Virus record (IMG/VR): IMGVR_UViG_3300030419_000877
Location: 1-56,082 of that record
DNA from: a virus
Taxonomy: Duplodnaviria; Caudoviricetes
Length of the DNA: 56,082 nt
Direction: 5' to 3' (one strand)
The position numbers were made by a program, and so were the translations under genes. How positions within the stretch are numbered: position 1 is the stretch's first letter; every line of letters begins with the position of its first letter. Under the pieces are notes generated by a model that saw only the letters and a list, made by a program, of their open reading frames with translations, was not told the DNA's origin and searched no databases. Shown piece by piece: positions 47,246-56,082 of this stretch.

Positions 47246-47269
47246 ACCTATTTATAAGGAGGACTAATC

Positions 47270-48331
47270 ATGGCTTTTAAAACCGCTGCAGGTTACGGCA
47301 ATTTACCTAACGGTAATTTCTCGCCAGTAATCTATTCCAAGCAGGTTCAATTAGCCTTTCGGAAGAAGTCTGTCGTAGAGGAAATCACCAACTCTGACTA
47401 TTTTGGTGAAATCTCTTCTATGGGAGATACCGTCAGGATCATAAAAGAACCTGAAATCACAGTCAAGGAATATGCTCGTGGTGCTCAAATAACACCACAA
47501 GACCTTGATGACGAGGATTTCTCGCTTGTTGTCGACAAAGCAAACTACTTTGCATTTAAAGTTGACGACATTGAGGAAGCTCATTCACATGTCAATTTCG
47601 GTGAAATGGCATCTAACCGAGCTGCTTACAGACTTTCTGACCAATTTGACCAAGAAGTTCTTGGTTACTTATCAGGATGGAAGCAGTCTTCATTAAGTTC
47701 TGTTGCAAGTACAGCTAACGATACCGTTTCTGGTACTAAAGCTGTTTCTAGTGCAGGATCAGATGAATTGCTTGACTCTATGTTAGTAGACGCTGCCGAC
47801 TTCAATGGTGGTTCTGCTAATAACTCTATTGTTGTTAAGCCTCGTGCAGGTGGTGATTCACTAAACACGACAACTGCTAACGCTACTCCTTTAGCTGTTA
47901 TTGCAAGAATGTCAAGAAAGCTTGACCAACAGTACATTCCGTCTTCGGATCGTTGGTTAGTTGTTGACCCTGTTTTTGCAGAGCTAATGAAGGATGAAGA
48001 CTCAAGACTATTCCAATCAGATTGGGGTGGATCAGGGCTACAAAATGGCTTGATTCTCAACAATGTGCATGGGTTTAAAGTCTATATGTCTAACAACCTT
48101 CCTGCTAAAGGTAATGGTGCAACTGGAGCTACTGCTACAGGTTCTACACACTACGGTGTAATCTGTGCAGGTCATAGTTCTGCTGTCGCCACTGCAGAGC
48201 AGATTAACAAAACCGAAACATACCGTGACCCTGACAGCTTTGCTGACATCGTTAGAGGTATGCACCTATATGGACGAAAGATACTCAAGCCTGAGGCTTT
48301 ATCTCGTGCATATTATGTTTCTGGATATTAA
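47270..48331 (+). CDS. Major capsid protein
   Basis: AAGGAGG RBS; FSPVIYS, GDTVRI, YFAFKVDD, E.YRDPDSFADIVRG..LYG. Confidence 0.92.
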   Translation: MAFKTAAGYGNLPNGNFSPVIYSKQVQLAFRKKSVVEEITNSDYFGEISSMGDTVRIIKEPEITVKEYARGAQITPQDLDDEDFSLVVDKANYFAFKVDDIEEAHSHVNFGEMASNRAAYRLSDQFDQEVLGYLSGWKQSSLSSVASTANDTVSGTKAVSSAGSDELLDSMLVDAADFNGGSANNSIVVKPRAGGDSLNTTTANATPLAVIARMSRKLDQQYIPSSDRWLVVDPVFAELMKDEDSRLFQSDWGGSGLQNGLILNNVHGFKVYMSNNLPAKGNGATGATATGSTHYGVICAGHSSAVATAEQINKTETYRDPDSFADIVRGMHLYGRKILKPEALSRAYYVSGY

Positions 48332-48344
48332 GGGAGGATAACTA

Positions 48345-48875
48345 ATGGCAACTTATGATATGACATCATCCGACACCACTGGTGTCTCTTCCAACTCTAT
48401 TGCAGCTCTACCATCCCAAAGTGGTATGGGAGCAATGCGAATGGTTCAAGCTTACTTGGACATTGACGCACTTGTAGCAGAGGGATATTCTGGTGCAGAC
48501 GGTGACATCTTTCAACTACTTGAAATTCCTGCAGGAACACTTGTTCTTTTCGCAGGTGCTGAAGTGGAGAAAGCATTTACTTCCAGTTGTACTTTAGACA
48601 TGGACTTTGCCGCAGGTGATGACATCATTGATGGTGCTGACATCACTTCAACAGGGTTCTGTGCCGAAGGTTCTAACGGACAGTCAAATGACGTTACTAC
48701 AGGTGCAGCTTCAACATTCACTCAATTTGTATCTTCTACAGATACTATTGACTGTTTGATTGCAGGTGCTGCTCCTGCTACAGGAAGATTACGAGTTTAC
48801 GCTTGTGTAATCGACTGTAATGATGTTGGTGCATCAGGAAAAGCTGATACGGTTGACAGAGACCAATTAGCTTAA
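48345..48875 (+). CDS. Putative capsid decoration / minor capsid protein
   Basis: GGAGG RBS; between capsid gene and terminator. Confidence 0.6.
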   Translation: MATYDMTSSDTTGVSSNSIAALPSQSGMGAMRMVQAYLDIDALVAEGYSGADGDIFQLLEIPAGTLVLFAGAEVEKAFTSSCTLDMDFAAGDDIIDGADITSTGFCAEGSNGQSNDVTTGAASTFTQFVSSTDTIDCLIAGAAPATGRLRVYACVIDCNDVGASGKADTVDRDQLA

Positions 48876-48884
48876 ATTATAATC

Positions 48885-48924
48885 TAGGGGGCAAGTGTAA
48901 CAGGATTGACTTGCCCTCTATTTT
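48885..48924 (+). terminator. Rho-independent terminator
   Basis: TAGGGGGCAAGT-12 nt-ACTTGCCCTCTA followed by TTTT. Confidence 0.8.
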
Positions 48925-48944
48925 AGCATAAAGGAATTATTTAA

Positions 48945-49367
48945 ATGGCAGATACAGTCACAAGTCAAACAATAGTAGATACTCCTCAAAAACTTGTAAT
49001 GAAATTTACTAATACAAGTGATGGTACAGGAGAAAGTGCTGTTACGAAGGTAGATGTAAGTTCATTTACAGCAGGTGAGGGAGGTCCTCACTCTGACACG
49101 TCTGCCGCAACATGTACTGAAGTAAGAATAGACAAGATATGGGCAAGATGCAACGGAATGTCTGTAAGTGTCTTGTGGGATGCTTCATCAGATGTAGAAG
49201 CTATATACCTAGCAGACGGAGGTCCTGAACATTGGGACTTTAGTAGTTTTGGTGGTTTAGTAAATAACGCAGGAAGTGGTAAAACAGGAGATATACAGTT
49301 TACTACCGTAGGACACGCAAACACAGAAACATATTGGATTGTTTTAGAAATGACTAAGTTAGCTTAG
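48945..49367 (+). CDS. Putative structural protein
   Basis: KFTNTSDGTGES..KVDVS, DFSSFGGL, TGDI.FTT. Confidence 0.6.
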   Translation: MADTVTSQTIVDTPQKLVMKFTNTSDGTGESAVTKVDVSSFTAGEGGPHSDTSAATCTEVRIDKIWARCNGMSVSVLWDASSDVEAIYLADGGPEHWDFSSFGGLVNNAGSGKTGDIQFTTVGHANTETYWIVLEMTKLA

Positions 49368-49379
49368 TAAAGGGGAGCT

Positions 49380-50315
49380 ATGTCAGGGACATATTTAACA
49401 TTAACAAATAGCGTCTTGGCAAGATTAAATGAAGTACAATTAACGTCTTCAAACTTTTCTTCAGCAAGAGGAATACAAGTTCAAGCTCAAAATGCTGTTA
49501 ATGAAGCAATACGATACATTAATCAAAGAGAGTTTAACTACCCATTTAATCATGCAACAGCCACACAAACTCTGACTGCAGGAGTTGTTAGGTATAGTTT
49601 ACCCTCTAGCACAAAATCGGTTGACTACAATACAGCAAGATTAGTAAAAGACAGTGACTTAGGTACGAGTGGTGGACGATTAGGAAATATAAATTATAAT
49701 GATTACATTAATAACTACATTACTCAAGAAGATGAAATCAATTCTACTACTGCCGCAGAAGCTATTGATACGTCTGAAACGGAAATAGATTTAACAAGTG
49801 CTTCTGACTTTGATAGCACAGGCACAGTGTATATAGGAAGTGAGCAAATATCTTACACAGGTATAAGTTCAAACACTTTAACTGGATGTACACGAGGAGC
49901 AAGTTCTACTACGGCAGCATCCCACGATAGTGGTACAACAGTTACACAATTCACAGGTGGAGGAATACCTACTCATATAGTAAGAACAGCAGACAATAAT
50001 TACTTACTATACCCTTTCCCTACTAAAAAATACTCTATAAAGTTTGATTACTACACTTATCCAACAGATTTGTCGGCACATGACGATACAACTAGCGTAC
50101 CTGCACGATTTGACCCTGTTATAGTGGATGGTGCAACAGCGTTTGTATATCAATATAGAGGTGAAACAACACAGTATCAACTAAACTTTGAAAGGTTTGA
50201 ACAAGGCATAAAGAACATGCAAACCTTATTAGTAAATAAGTATGATTATCTTAGGTCTACATATATACCACGTTCTTCTACCGCTTTTTCAGATGTAACA
50301 TTAAGAGTAAACTAA
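49380..50315 (+). CDS. Head-tail adaptor (tail tubular protein A-like) with inserted beta domain
   Basis: YLTLTNSVLARLNE, LYPFP, IVDGA; insert E.ISYTG....LTGCTRG. Confidence 0.7.
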   Translation: MSGTYLTLTNSVLARLNEVQLTSSNFSSARGIQVQAQNAVNEAIRYINQREFNYPFNHATATQTLTAGVVRYSLPSSTKSVDYNTARLVKDSDLGTSGGRLGNINYNDYINNYITQEDEINSTTAAEAIDTSETEIDLTSASDFDSTGTVYIGSEQISYTGISSNTLTGCTRGASSTTAASHDSGTTVTQFTGGGIPTHIVRTADNNYLLYPFPTKKYSIKFDYYTYPTDLSAHDDTTSVPARFDPVIVDGATAFVYQYRGETTQYQLNFERFEQGIKNMQTLLVNKYDYLRSTYIPRSSTAFSDVTLRVN

Positions 50316-51845
50316 ATGCCTGATTTATCGCAAACAGCCCCTGCGTCCTTTAACTGTGAGGGTGGACTTGTTTTAAACCGTTCTACCTTTATGATGCAAC
50401 CGGGAGAAGCATTAGAACTTGTAAACTTTGAACCTGACATTGAGGGTGGTTACAGAAGAATAAACGGTTTTAGTAAGTATGTAAGTGCCGTAGTACCATA
50501 TACAAGTTCTGCCAGTGAAAAAGTTTTAATGGTTGCAACATTTGGTGACTACGTTTTAGCGGCAAGAGGAACAAGTATATATAGTGCCACAGCAGGTGGT
50601 TCAAGTTGGACAAGTAGAGATAGTGGTAGAACGAGTGCAGGTAAATATAACTTTGAGCGTTTTAACTTTGATGGCACAGATAAGATAGTAGTTGTAGATG
50701 GAGCGAATTACCCAACTATATTTAACAGTTCTCTTAGTGCTACGGATGCAAGTACAAGCAGTGTTGAAGGCTCAAAGTATGTGGCAGCTTTTAAGAACCA
50801 CATGTTTTACGCAGGAAAGTCTACAACAAAACAAGAAGTAGTATTTAGTCAGCCCTTTGATGAAGACGCATTTAGTAGTGGTAGTGGTGCAGGAAGTATA
50901 AAGGTTGACGACACAGTAACAGGTCTTAAAGTTTTCCGTGATAATTTATTTATCTTTTGTGAAAACAGAATATTTAAGATGAGTGGGAGCACCTCAAGTG
51001 ACTTTGCAGTCACAGCCGTTACAAGAGACATTGGTTGTATTAACGGAGACACGATACAGGAATTTGCAGGTGACTTAATATTCTTAGGACCAGACGGATT
51101 GAGAACCGTTGCAGGTACAGCAAGAATTGGTGACGTTGAACTTGGTACTATTAGCTCTAACGTACAGTCTATATTTGACGAGAATTTATCAAGTGCATCA
51201 GAGTTTGAAAGTGTAGTAATACCAGACAGGACACAGTATAGAATATTCTTTACTAAAGATTCAGTTGCCAAAAACAGCACAAAAGGTGTAGCCTGTGTTT
51301 TAAAGGGACAAGCATTTGAGTTTTCAGAACTAAGAGGTATACGTCCTGCATGTACAGATGGATTTGTTAAATCAGGGGACGTTATAATACTACACGGTGA
51401 CTACTCTAATGGGTATGTATATAGGCAAGAATCAGGCAATGACTTTGACGGAACTGCAATAAACGGAAAGTATAGAAGCCCTGACATGACGTTTGGGGAT
51501 GCAGGTATCCGTAAACACATGCAACGAGTTATTATTAACTACGCACCTGAATCAACTATAGACGCAGACCTTTTTTTAAGGTACGACTATGAAGCAAAAG
51601 ATTCACCAAGACCTGCGGCATATGCACTAGACTCAAGCGATATCGCAGCTGTGTATGGAGTAACAACATATGGTGGTTCATCTAGTAGCTTTGGTACATA
51701 TGGTGGTGCATCACAGCCACTCGTAAGACAACCAGTAGAAGGTTCAGGGTTTGCAGTAGCACTAAGAGTAAATGATGGTGGGACGACAGCACCATATTCA
51801 TTAAAAGGATTTCAGTTGGAATATCAATTAGGAGCAAGAAGGTAA
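50316..51845 (+). CDS. Tail nozzle / tubular protein B-like
   Basis: GGL start, GGYRRING, IGCI...TIQE..GDLIFL.PDGLR beta-propeller pattern. Confidence 0.7.
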   Translation: MPDLSQTAPASFNCEGGLVLNRSTFMMQPGEALELVNFEPDIEGGYRRINGFSKYVSAVVPYTSSASEKVLMVATFGDYVLAARGTSIYSATAGGSSWTSRDSGRTSAGKYNFERFNFDGTDKIVVVDGANYPTIFNSSLSATDASTSSVEGSKYVAAFKNHMFYAGKSTTKQEVVFSQPFDEDAFSSGSGAGSIKVDDTVTGLKVFRDNLFIFCENRIFKMSGSTSSDFAVTAVTRDIGCINGDTIQEFAGDLIFLGPDGLRTVAGTARIGDVELGTISSNVQSIFDENLSSASEFESVVIPDRTQYRIFFTKDSVAKNSTKGVACVLKGQAFEFSELRGIRPACTDGFVKSGDVIILHGDYSNGYVYRQESGNDFDGTAINGKYRSPDMTFGDAGIRKHMQRVIINYAPESTIDADLFLRYDYEAKDSPRPAAYALDSSDIAAVYGVTTYGGSSSSFGTYGGASQPLVRQPVEGSGFAVALRVNDGGTTAPYSLKGFQLEYQLGARR

Positions 51846-54326
51846 ATGGGAGCAACATACACAAGACAGTCTTCGTACTCTGACGGTGATACAATCACAG
51901 CGGCACATACTAATGACGAATTTAATCAGTTATTAGCCGCCTTTGCATCAAGTTCAGGACATACGCATGATGGTACAGCGGCTGAAGGTGGTCCTATTAC
52001 CAAATTACTTGGTACGTCTATAACAATAGGAGATGGTACTTCAGGCACAGACATTACAGTAACATATGACGGTGAATCAAATGACGGTGTAATGAAATGG
52101 ATGGAAGACGAAGACTACTTTGAGTTTTCTGATGATATACTTGTAGCGTCCACAGAAAAGCTACAGTTTCGTGACACAGCCCTATACCTTAACTCAAGCA
52201 CTGACGGACAGCTAGATATTGTAGCTGACACAGAAGTACAAATTGCCGCCACAACTATTGACATCAACGGTAATGTTGACATCTCAGGTACACTTACAAT
52301 AGGTTCTGCAGGTATCTCTGAAGCAGAACTAGAGGTACTAGATGGACTTACAGTTTCAACTACAGAAGTAAACATCCTAGACGGTGACACAACTGCCACA
52401 TCTACTACAGTCGCAGATGCAGACAGAGTAGTAATGAATGACAACGGTACTATGGTGCAAGTTGCTGTAACAGATTTGGCTGCCTACTTTGACGATGAAA
52501 TTACAGCCATGCCTAATCTTACTTCCGTAGGCACACTCACAACCCTCACAGTAGACAATGTAATAGTTAATGGCACGACTATAGGACACACAAGTGACAC
52601 AGACTTGATGACCTTGACCAGTGGAGTATTGACTGTTGCAGGAGAAGTAGACGCTACTACTCTTGATATTAGTGGAAATGCTGACATTGACGGTACAACT
52701 AACCTAGACGAAGTAGACATTGACGGTACAGTACAGATAGATGGAGCTACAACTTTTGGTGTAGATGACACTGGTGTAGACGTTAAATTCTTTGGTGCTA
52801 CTTCTGGTGCATATCTCTTATGGGATGAGAGTGCAGACAAACTATTAACTGCAGGTGGTGCAGTAGTAGATATAGTTAAAGATAAACTACTAATAGGTGG
52901 TACTGCAGTAACAACAACTGCTGCCGAACTAAACGTACTAGACGGAGTAACAGCAGGTACGGTAACGGCAAGTAAGGGTGTTGTTGTTGACTCTAACAAA
53001 GACTTAGGTACTCTTCGTAACCTAACGATTGATGGTACATTCTCAGACGGTAATTACACATTTGATACAAGTGGTAATGTAACTGGCTTGGGAACAGTTT
53101 CTTCTGGAAACATTACATCTTCAGGCACTGTTCAGGGTACAGTAATAACAGCTACAACAGGGTTTGCTCCTGACGCATCTGACGGTGCTTACTTAGGTAC
53201 GTCTTCTCTACAATTCAGTGACTTATATTTAGCAGACGGTGCAGTAGTAAATCTTGGAGATGACCAAGACGTAACTTTGACACATGTTGCTGATACAGGA
53301 ATACTTCTTAACAGCACTAATCAACTTCAGTTTGGAGACAGTGGAACATACATACATCAATCAGCAGACGGTGTACTTGACCTAGTTTCTGATACTGAAA
53401 TAGAAATTAATGCCACTACAATAGATATCAATGGTGCTGTAGACATCTCTGGTAATACTACTATAGGTGGTAACTTAACAGTAAATGGAACAACAACTAC
53501 AATAGATACAACTAATACTACTGTAAAAGATAGTTTATTAGAATTAAATAGTGGTGCGAGTTCTAACTCTAACGATGTTGGTATTATCATTGAAAGAGGG
53601 TCAACAGGTAATGACGCTCTCTTTATGTGGGATGAATCAGAAGATAAGTTTGCACTAGGTACTACAACAGACAACGCAAGTAGCACAGGCAACCTTAATA
53701 TGACAACAGGTACACTTGTTGCTAACATAGAAGGTAACTTAACAGGAACTGCATCAACAGCTACAGTAGCTACTACAGTAACTATAACAGATAATGAAAG
53801 TACAGACGAAGATAACGCTATTATATTTACAGCAGGTGGTGATGTAGATGGTGGAAACATTGGTTTAGAATCAGATGGTGATTTAACTTACAATCCTAGC
53901 ACAGGAAGGTTGACAGCGACACAATTATCTGGTACAATACAAACTGCAGCTCAAACAAACATTACATCACTTGGTACACTGTCAGCATTAACCGTTGACA
54001 ACGTAGCTATAGACAGTAACACTATAGGTCACACAAGTGATACGGACTTAATGACATTGACAAGTGGAGTTGTCACAGTCGCAGGTGAAGTCTCAATGAC
54101 AACACTTGACATTGGTGGCACAAATGTATCATCAACAGCCACAGAGTTAAATGTAATGGACGGAGATACCACAGCAACCTCAACAACACTAGCAAACGCA
54201 GATAGAATTGTTGTAAATGATGATGGTACAATGAAGCAGGTAGCTTTAACAGATGTTAAAACGTATCTGACAAGTGCAGGGTATGTAACTGACGATCCAA
54301 CAGCCCTTGCGATTGCCCTTGGATAG
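51846..54326 (+). CDS. Long tail fibre protein with internal repeats
   Basis: N-terminal EFNQL..AF....GHTHDG anchor; T/D/G-rich repeats; ends ALAIALG. Confidence 0.8.
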   Translation: MGATYTRQSSYSDGDTITAAHTNDEFNQLLAAFASSSGHTHDGTAAEGGPITKLLGTSITIGDGTSGTDITVTYDGESNDGVMKWMEDEDYFEFSDDILVASTEKLQFRDTALYLNSSTDGQLDIVADTEVQIAATTIDINGNVDISGTLTIGSAGISEAELEVLDGLTVSTTEVNILDGDTTATSTTVADADRVVMNDNGTMVQVAVTDLAAYFDDEITAMPNLTSVGTLTTLTVDNVIVNGTTIGHTSDTDLMTLTSGVLTVAGEVDATTLDISGNADIDGTTNLDEVDIDGTVQIDGATTFGVDDTGVDVKFFGATSGAYLLWDESADKLLTAGGAVVDIVKDKLLIGGTAVTTTAAELNVLDGVTAGTVTASKGVVVDSNKDLGTLRNLTIDGTFSDGNYTFDTSGNVTGLGTVSSGNITSSGTVQGTVITATTGFAPDASDGAYLGTSSLQFSDLYLADGAVVNLGDDQDVTLTHVADTGILLNSTNQLQFGDSGTYIHQSADGVLDLVSDTEIEINATTIDINGAVDISGNTTIGGNLTVNGTTTTIDTTNTTVKDSLLELNSGASSNSNDVGIIIERGSTGNDALFMWDESEDKFALGTTTDNASSTGNLNMTTGTLVANIEGNLTGTASTATVATTVTITDNESTDEDNAIIFTAGGDVDGGNIGLESDGDLTYNPSTGRLTATQLSGTIQTAAQTNITSLGTLSALTVDNVAIDSNTIGHTSDTDLMTLTSGVVTVAGEVSMTTLDIGGTNVSSTATELNVMDGDTTATSTTLANADRIVVNDDGTMKQVALTDVKTYLTSAGYVTDDPTALAIALG

Positions 54327-54345
54327 TTAAAAAGGAGGACTAAAA

Positions 54346-54798
54346 ATGGCAGATGACGCAATAGCAACTATTCAGGCAACTATATTACCTGATGAAATTG
54401 CAAAAACTATATCAGCAACGACAACTGTAACACCTGCTGATGCTAACGATAAATGGTATTACAAATTAACAAGCGTATCCAATTCAAGCACAGACTTGAT
54501 TGCAGGATACTACACTGACTATACGGCAGTAGATGACGACACAGCACCAACGGCTGTAGCTACTGGCGATAAAGTAAAGTTTTTATATATTAAAAATGTA
54601 GACGGAAACAGCAGAAGTATTTATGTTTGCTTTGACGCAGGAACAGCATCATCAAGTTTAGGAGATGCCGTGACAATAGGACCAAACGAATCATTTATGG
54701 CAAGACTTCCTAATACTACTGTTGCTGATGTTCACGCTATATCTTCAGCTTCTACAGCAGAAGTTATTGTGGCTGCATTATTAGATGACGTAGCATAA
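54346..54798 (+). CDS. Tail-associated structural protein
   Basis: AGGAGG RBS; VKFLYIKN. Confidence 0.6.
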   Translation: MADDAIATIQATILPDEIAKTISATTTVTPADANDKWYYKLTSVSNSSTDLIAGYYTDYTAVDDDTAPTAVATGDKVKFLYIKNVDGNSRSIYVCFDAGTASSSLGDAVTIGPNESFMARLPNTTVADVHAISSASTAEVIVAALLDDVA

Positions 54799-54810
54799 GG
54801 GGGAAAGTAG

Positions 54811-55140
54811 ATGGCTAACACCTTTAAAAATAAAGTGTATGACGGTTCAACTACATCTGCTGATGCACTCATGCAACTGTATACTACACCGTCAAGCACT
54901 ACTACTGTTGTTATAGGGCTGACGTTAGCCAACACTACGACCAGTCAGATAACAGCAGACATTAAGCTTAACTCTTCTTCTAATGTGTTCTTGGCAAAGA
55001 ATATTCCGATACCTTCTGGTTCATCATTTGAATATATGGCAGGTAATAAGATTATTATGGAAGCAGGACATACATTAAGTGTGTCTTCTAATACAGCTAA
55101 TAGTCTTGACACAGTGGCAAGTATAATGGAGATAACCTAA
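54811..55140 (+). CDS. Tail-associated structural protein
   Basis: MANTFKN, YT.P..TT.VVIGL..AN, C-terminal SIMEIT. Confidence 0.65.
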   Translation: MANTFKNKVYDGSTTSADALMQLYTTPSSTTTVVIGLTLANTTTSQITADIKLNSSSNVFLAKNIPIPSGSSFEYMAGNKIIMEAGHTLSVSSNTANSLDTVASIMEIT

Positions 55141-55141
55141 T

Positions 55142-55591
55142 ATGGCATATATTGGTAATCAGGTACAGTCAGGCTTTCACAATATACCCTCTGTACAGCG
55201 TTTTAACGGTGATGGAAGCACTACTGGCTTTACTCTTACAACAAGTGTAGGGAATGACCAAGACGTGCTTGTATCGGTAGATGGTGTGGTTCAGGACACA
55301 GAAGCCTACTCCATAACAGGAGGAACTACACTAACATTTTCTTCTGCACCGTCTAGTGGCACAAGTAATATCTTCGTAAATTATCTTGGCTTAGTAGACA
55401 CAAGTGTTGTACCTGCTGACGCTAACAAAGGACACTTCAAGAATAATGGTATGTTCAGAACTAATGCTCAGACATTAGAGACTAGCACTACGATTGAAGC
55501 TACTGAAAATGCCAACGTCACAGGTCCGTTGACCATAGCTAGTGGGATTACATTGACTGTCGCATCAGGAGGGAATTTAGCAATACTATGA
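55142..55591 (+). CDS. Tail fibre adaptor-like protein (MxYIG type), paralogue of 906..1370
   Basis: MAYIGN, FNGDGSTT.F, VSVDGVVQ, LTFSSAP, RTNAQT...GPLTI...IL. Confidence 0.65.
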   Translation: MAYIGNQVQSGFHNIPSVQRFNGDGSTTGFTLTTSVGNDQDVLVSVDGVVQDTEAYSITGGTTLTFSSAPSSGTSNIFVNYLGLVDTSVVPADANKGHFKNNGMFRTNAQTLETSTTIEATENANVTGPLTIASGITLTVASGGNLAIL

Positions 55592-56016
55592 GCAATCTTC
55601 TAGTACAAAATATAAAGCATACGAATAATACTACGAGTATGGCTATTGATACCTCTGGTCAGGTGACTATTCGTGGTGAGGGTAGTGCAACCACTACCAA
55701 CTTACAACAGGGGTTGGCTAAGTCATGGTCATTTTATAACCAACAAACACCTGCTGTTGGGGATAGTCTTAACACATCATCAATTACAGATTCAAGTGCA
55801 GGTACTTATTTGGTTAATTTTTCCAACAACCATGCAAGCACAAATTATGCTGCTTTTGGAATGTCTTTAGACATAGGGTCATACTACATGCACTCAAATG
55901 TAAGACCAACCTTTAGTACAAGTCAGTATAGAGTAGATACAATTAGAGCAAATTCTGTCACTACCACGCATGATGCAGATGATGCGTCAAATGCAACTTT
56001 GGGAGACTTAGCATAA
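55588..56016 (+). CDS. Small fibre-head/adhesin paralogue (TTNLQQGLAK family)
   Basis: ATGA overlap; TTNLQQGLAK...DSLNTSSITD...GDLA. Confidence 0.7.
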   Translation: MSNLLVQNIKHTNNTTSMAIDTSGQVTIRGEGSATTTNLQQGLAKSWSFYNQQTPAVGDSLNTSSITDSSAGTYLVNFSNNHASTNYAAFGMSLDIGSYYMHSNVRPTFSTSQYRVDTIRANSVTTTHDADDASNATLGDLA

Positions 56017-56082
56017 TGGCAGAACTCAAAGTAAACACACTCACAGGCACATCAACAGCAGGGTCTATTGCCGTCACAGGAG
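56016..56082 (+). CDS. Truncated further paralogue of the TTNLQQGLAK family
   Basis: MAELKVNTLTGTSTAGSIAVTG nearly matches the N-terminus of 2238..2642. Confidence 0.7.
   Translation, partial: MAELKVNTLTGTSTAGSIAVTG

Larger units (their letters stand above)
1..56082. mobile_element. Near-complete genome of an HMO-2011-type marine podovirus (permuted contig, ends not directly joinable)
   Basis: Complete set of replication, packaging, head, tail and lysis genes, no host housekeeping genes, PolA with DnaJ-like zinc finger, recombinase-primase-helicase-PolA order. Confidence 0.9.

Noticed and set aside
56016-56082. Direct circular join of contig end to start
   Set aside because: Joining gives an immediate in-frame stop and there is no terminal overlap, so sequence is missing
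1-56082. tRNA genes, introns, inteins or stop-codon reassignment
   Set aside because: No cloverleaf or T-loop consensus seen; PolA, helicase, TerL and NrdJ are uninterrupted and of normal length; coding density is high under the standard code

Overview
The whole window is a near-complete (about 56 kb), circularly permuted genome of a marine podovirus of the HMO-2011 type (phages of Alphaproteobacteria such as SAR116 and roseobacters). The assignment rests on a family-A DNA polymerase with an inserted DnaJ-like CxxC zinc finger, a tyrosine recombinase upstream of separate primase and helicase genes, a class II RNR and no RNA polymerase. There are two divergent arms. The minus-strand early/replication arm runs 32.6 kb down to 13.9 kb (small early genes, GP88-like protein, DenV-like glycosylase, C5 methyltransferase, SleB-like hydrolase, recombinase, primase, helicase, PolA, SSB, nucleases, NrdJ). 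The plus-strand late arm runs from 33.2 kb to the end and continues 1-13.9 kb (lysis genes, small basic proteins, terminase, portal, scaffold, capsid, tail, fibres, internal virion proteins). The most striking unexplained patterns are four. (1) A sharply bounded 2.3 kb block at the start of the early arm is densely seeded with GANTC (about 30) and WCCGC (about 24) motifs, inside genes, hairpins and a probable promoter, within a 10.7 kb GATC-free stretch. (2) A tandem, translationally coupled array of at least five paralogous small fibre-head genes has conserved nucleotide anchors, and both contig ends break inside this region. (3) A hydrophobic-x-x-GG motif is shared by unrelated late proteins. 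(4) A structured, possibly switch-like leader precedes the capsid gene. All motif counts were made by eye and product calls come from recognised motifs and synteny, not database searches.
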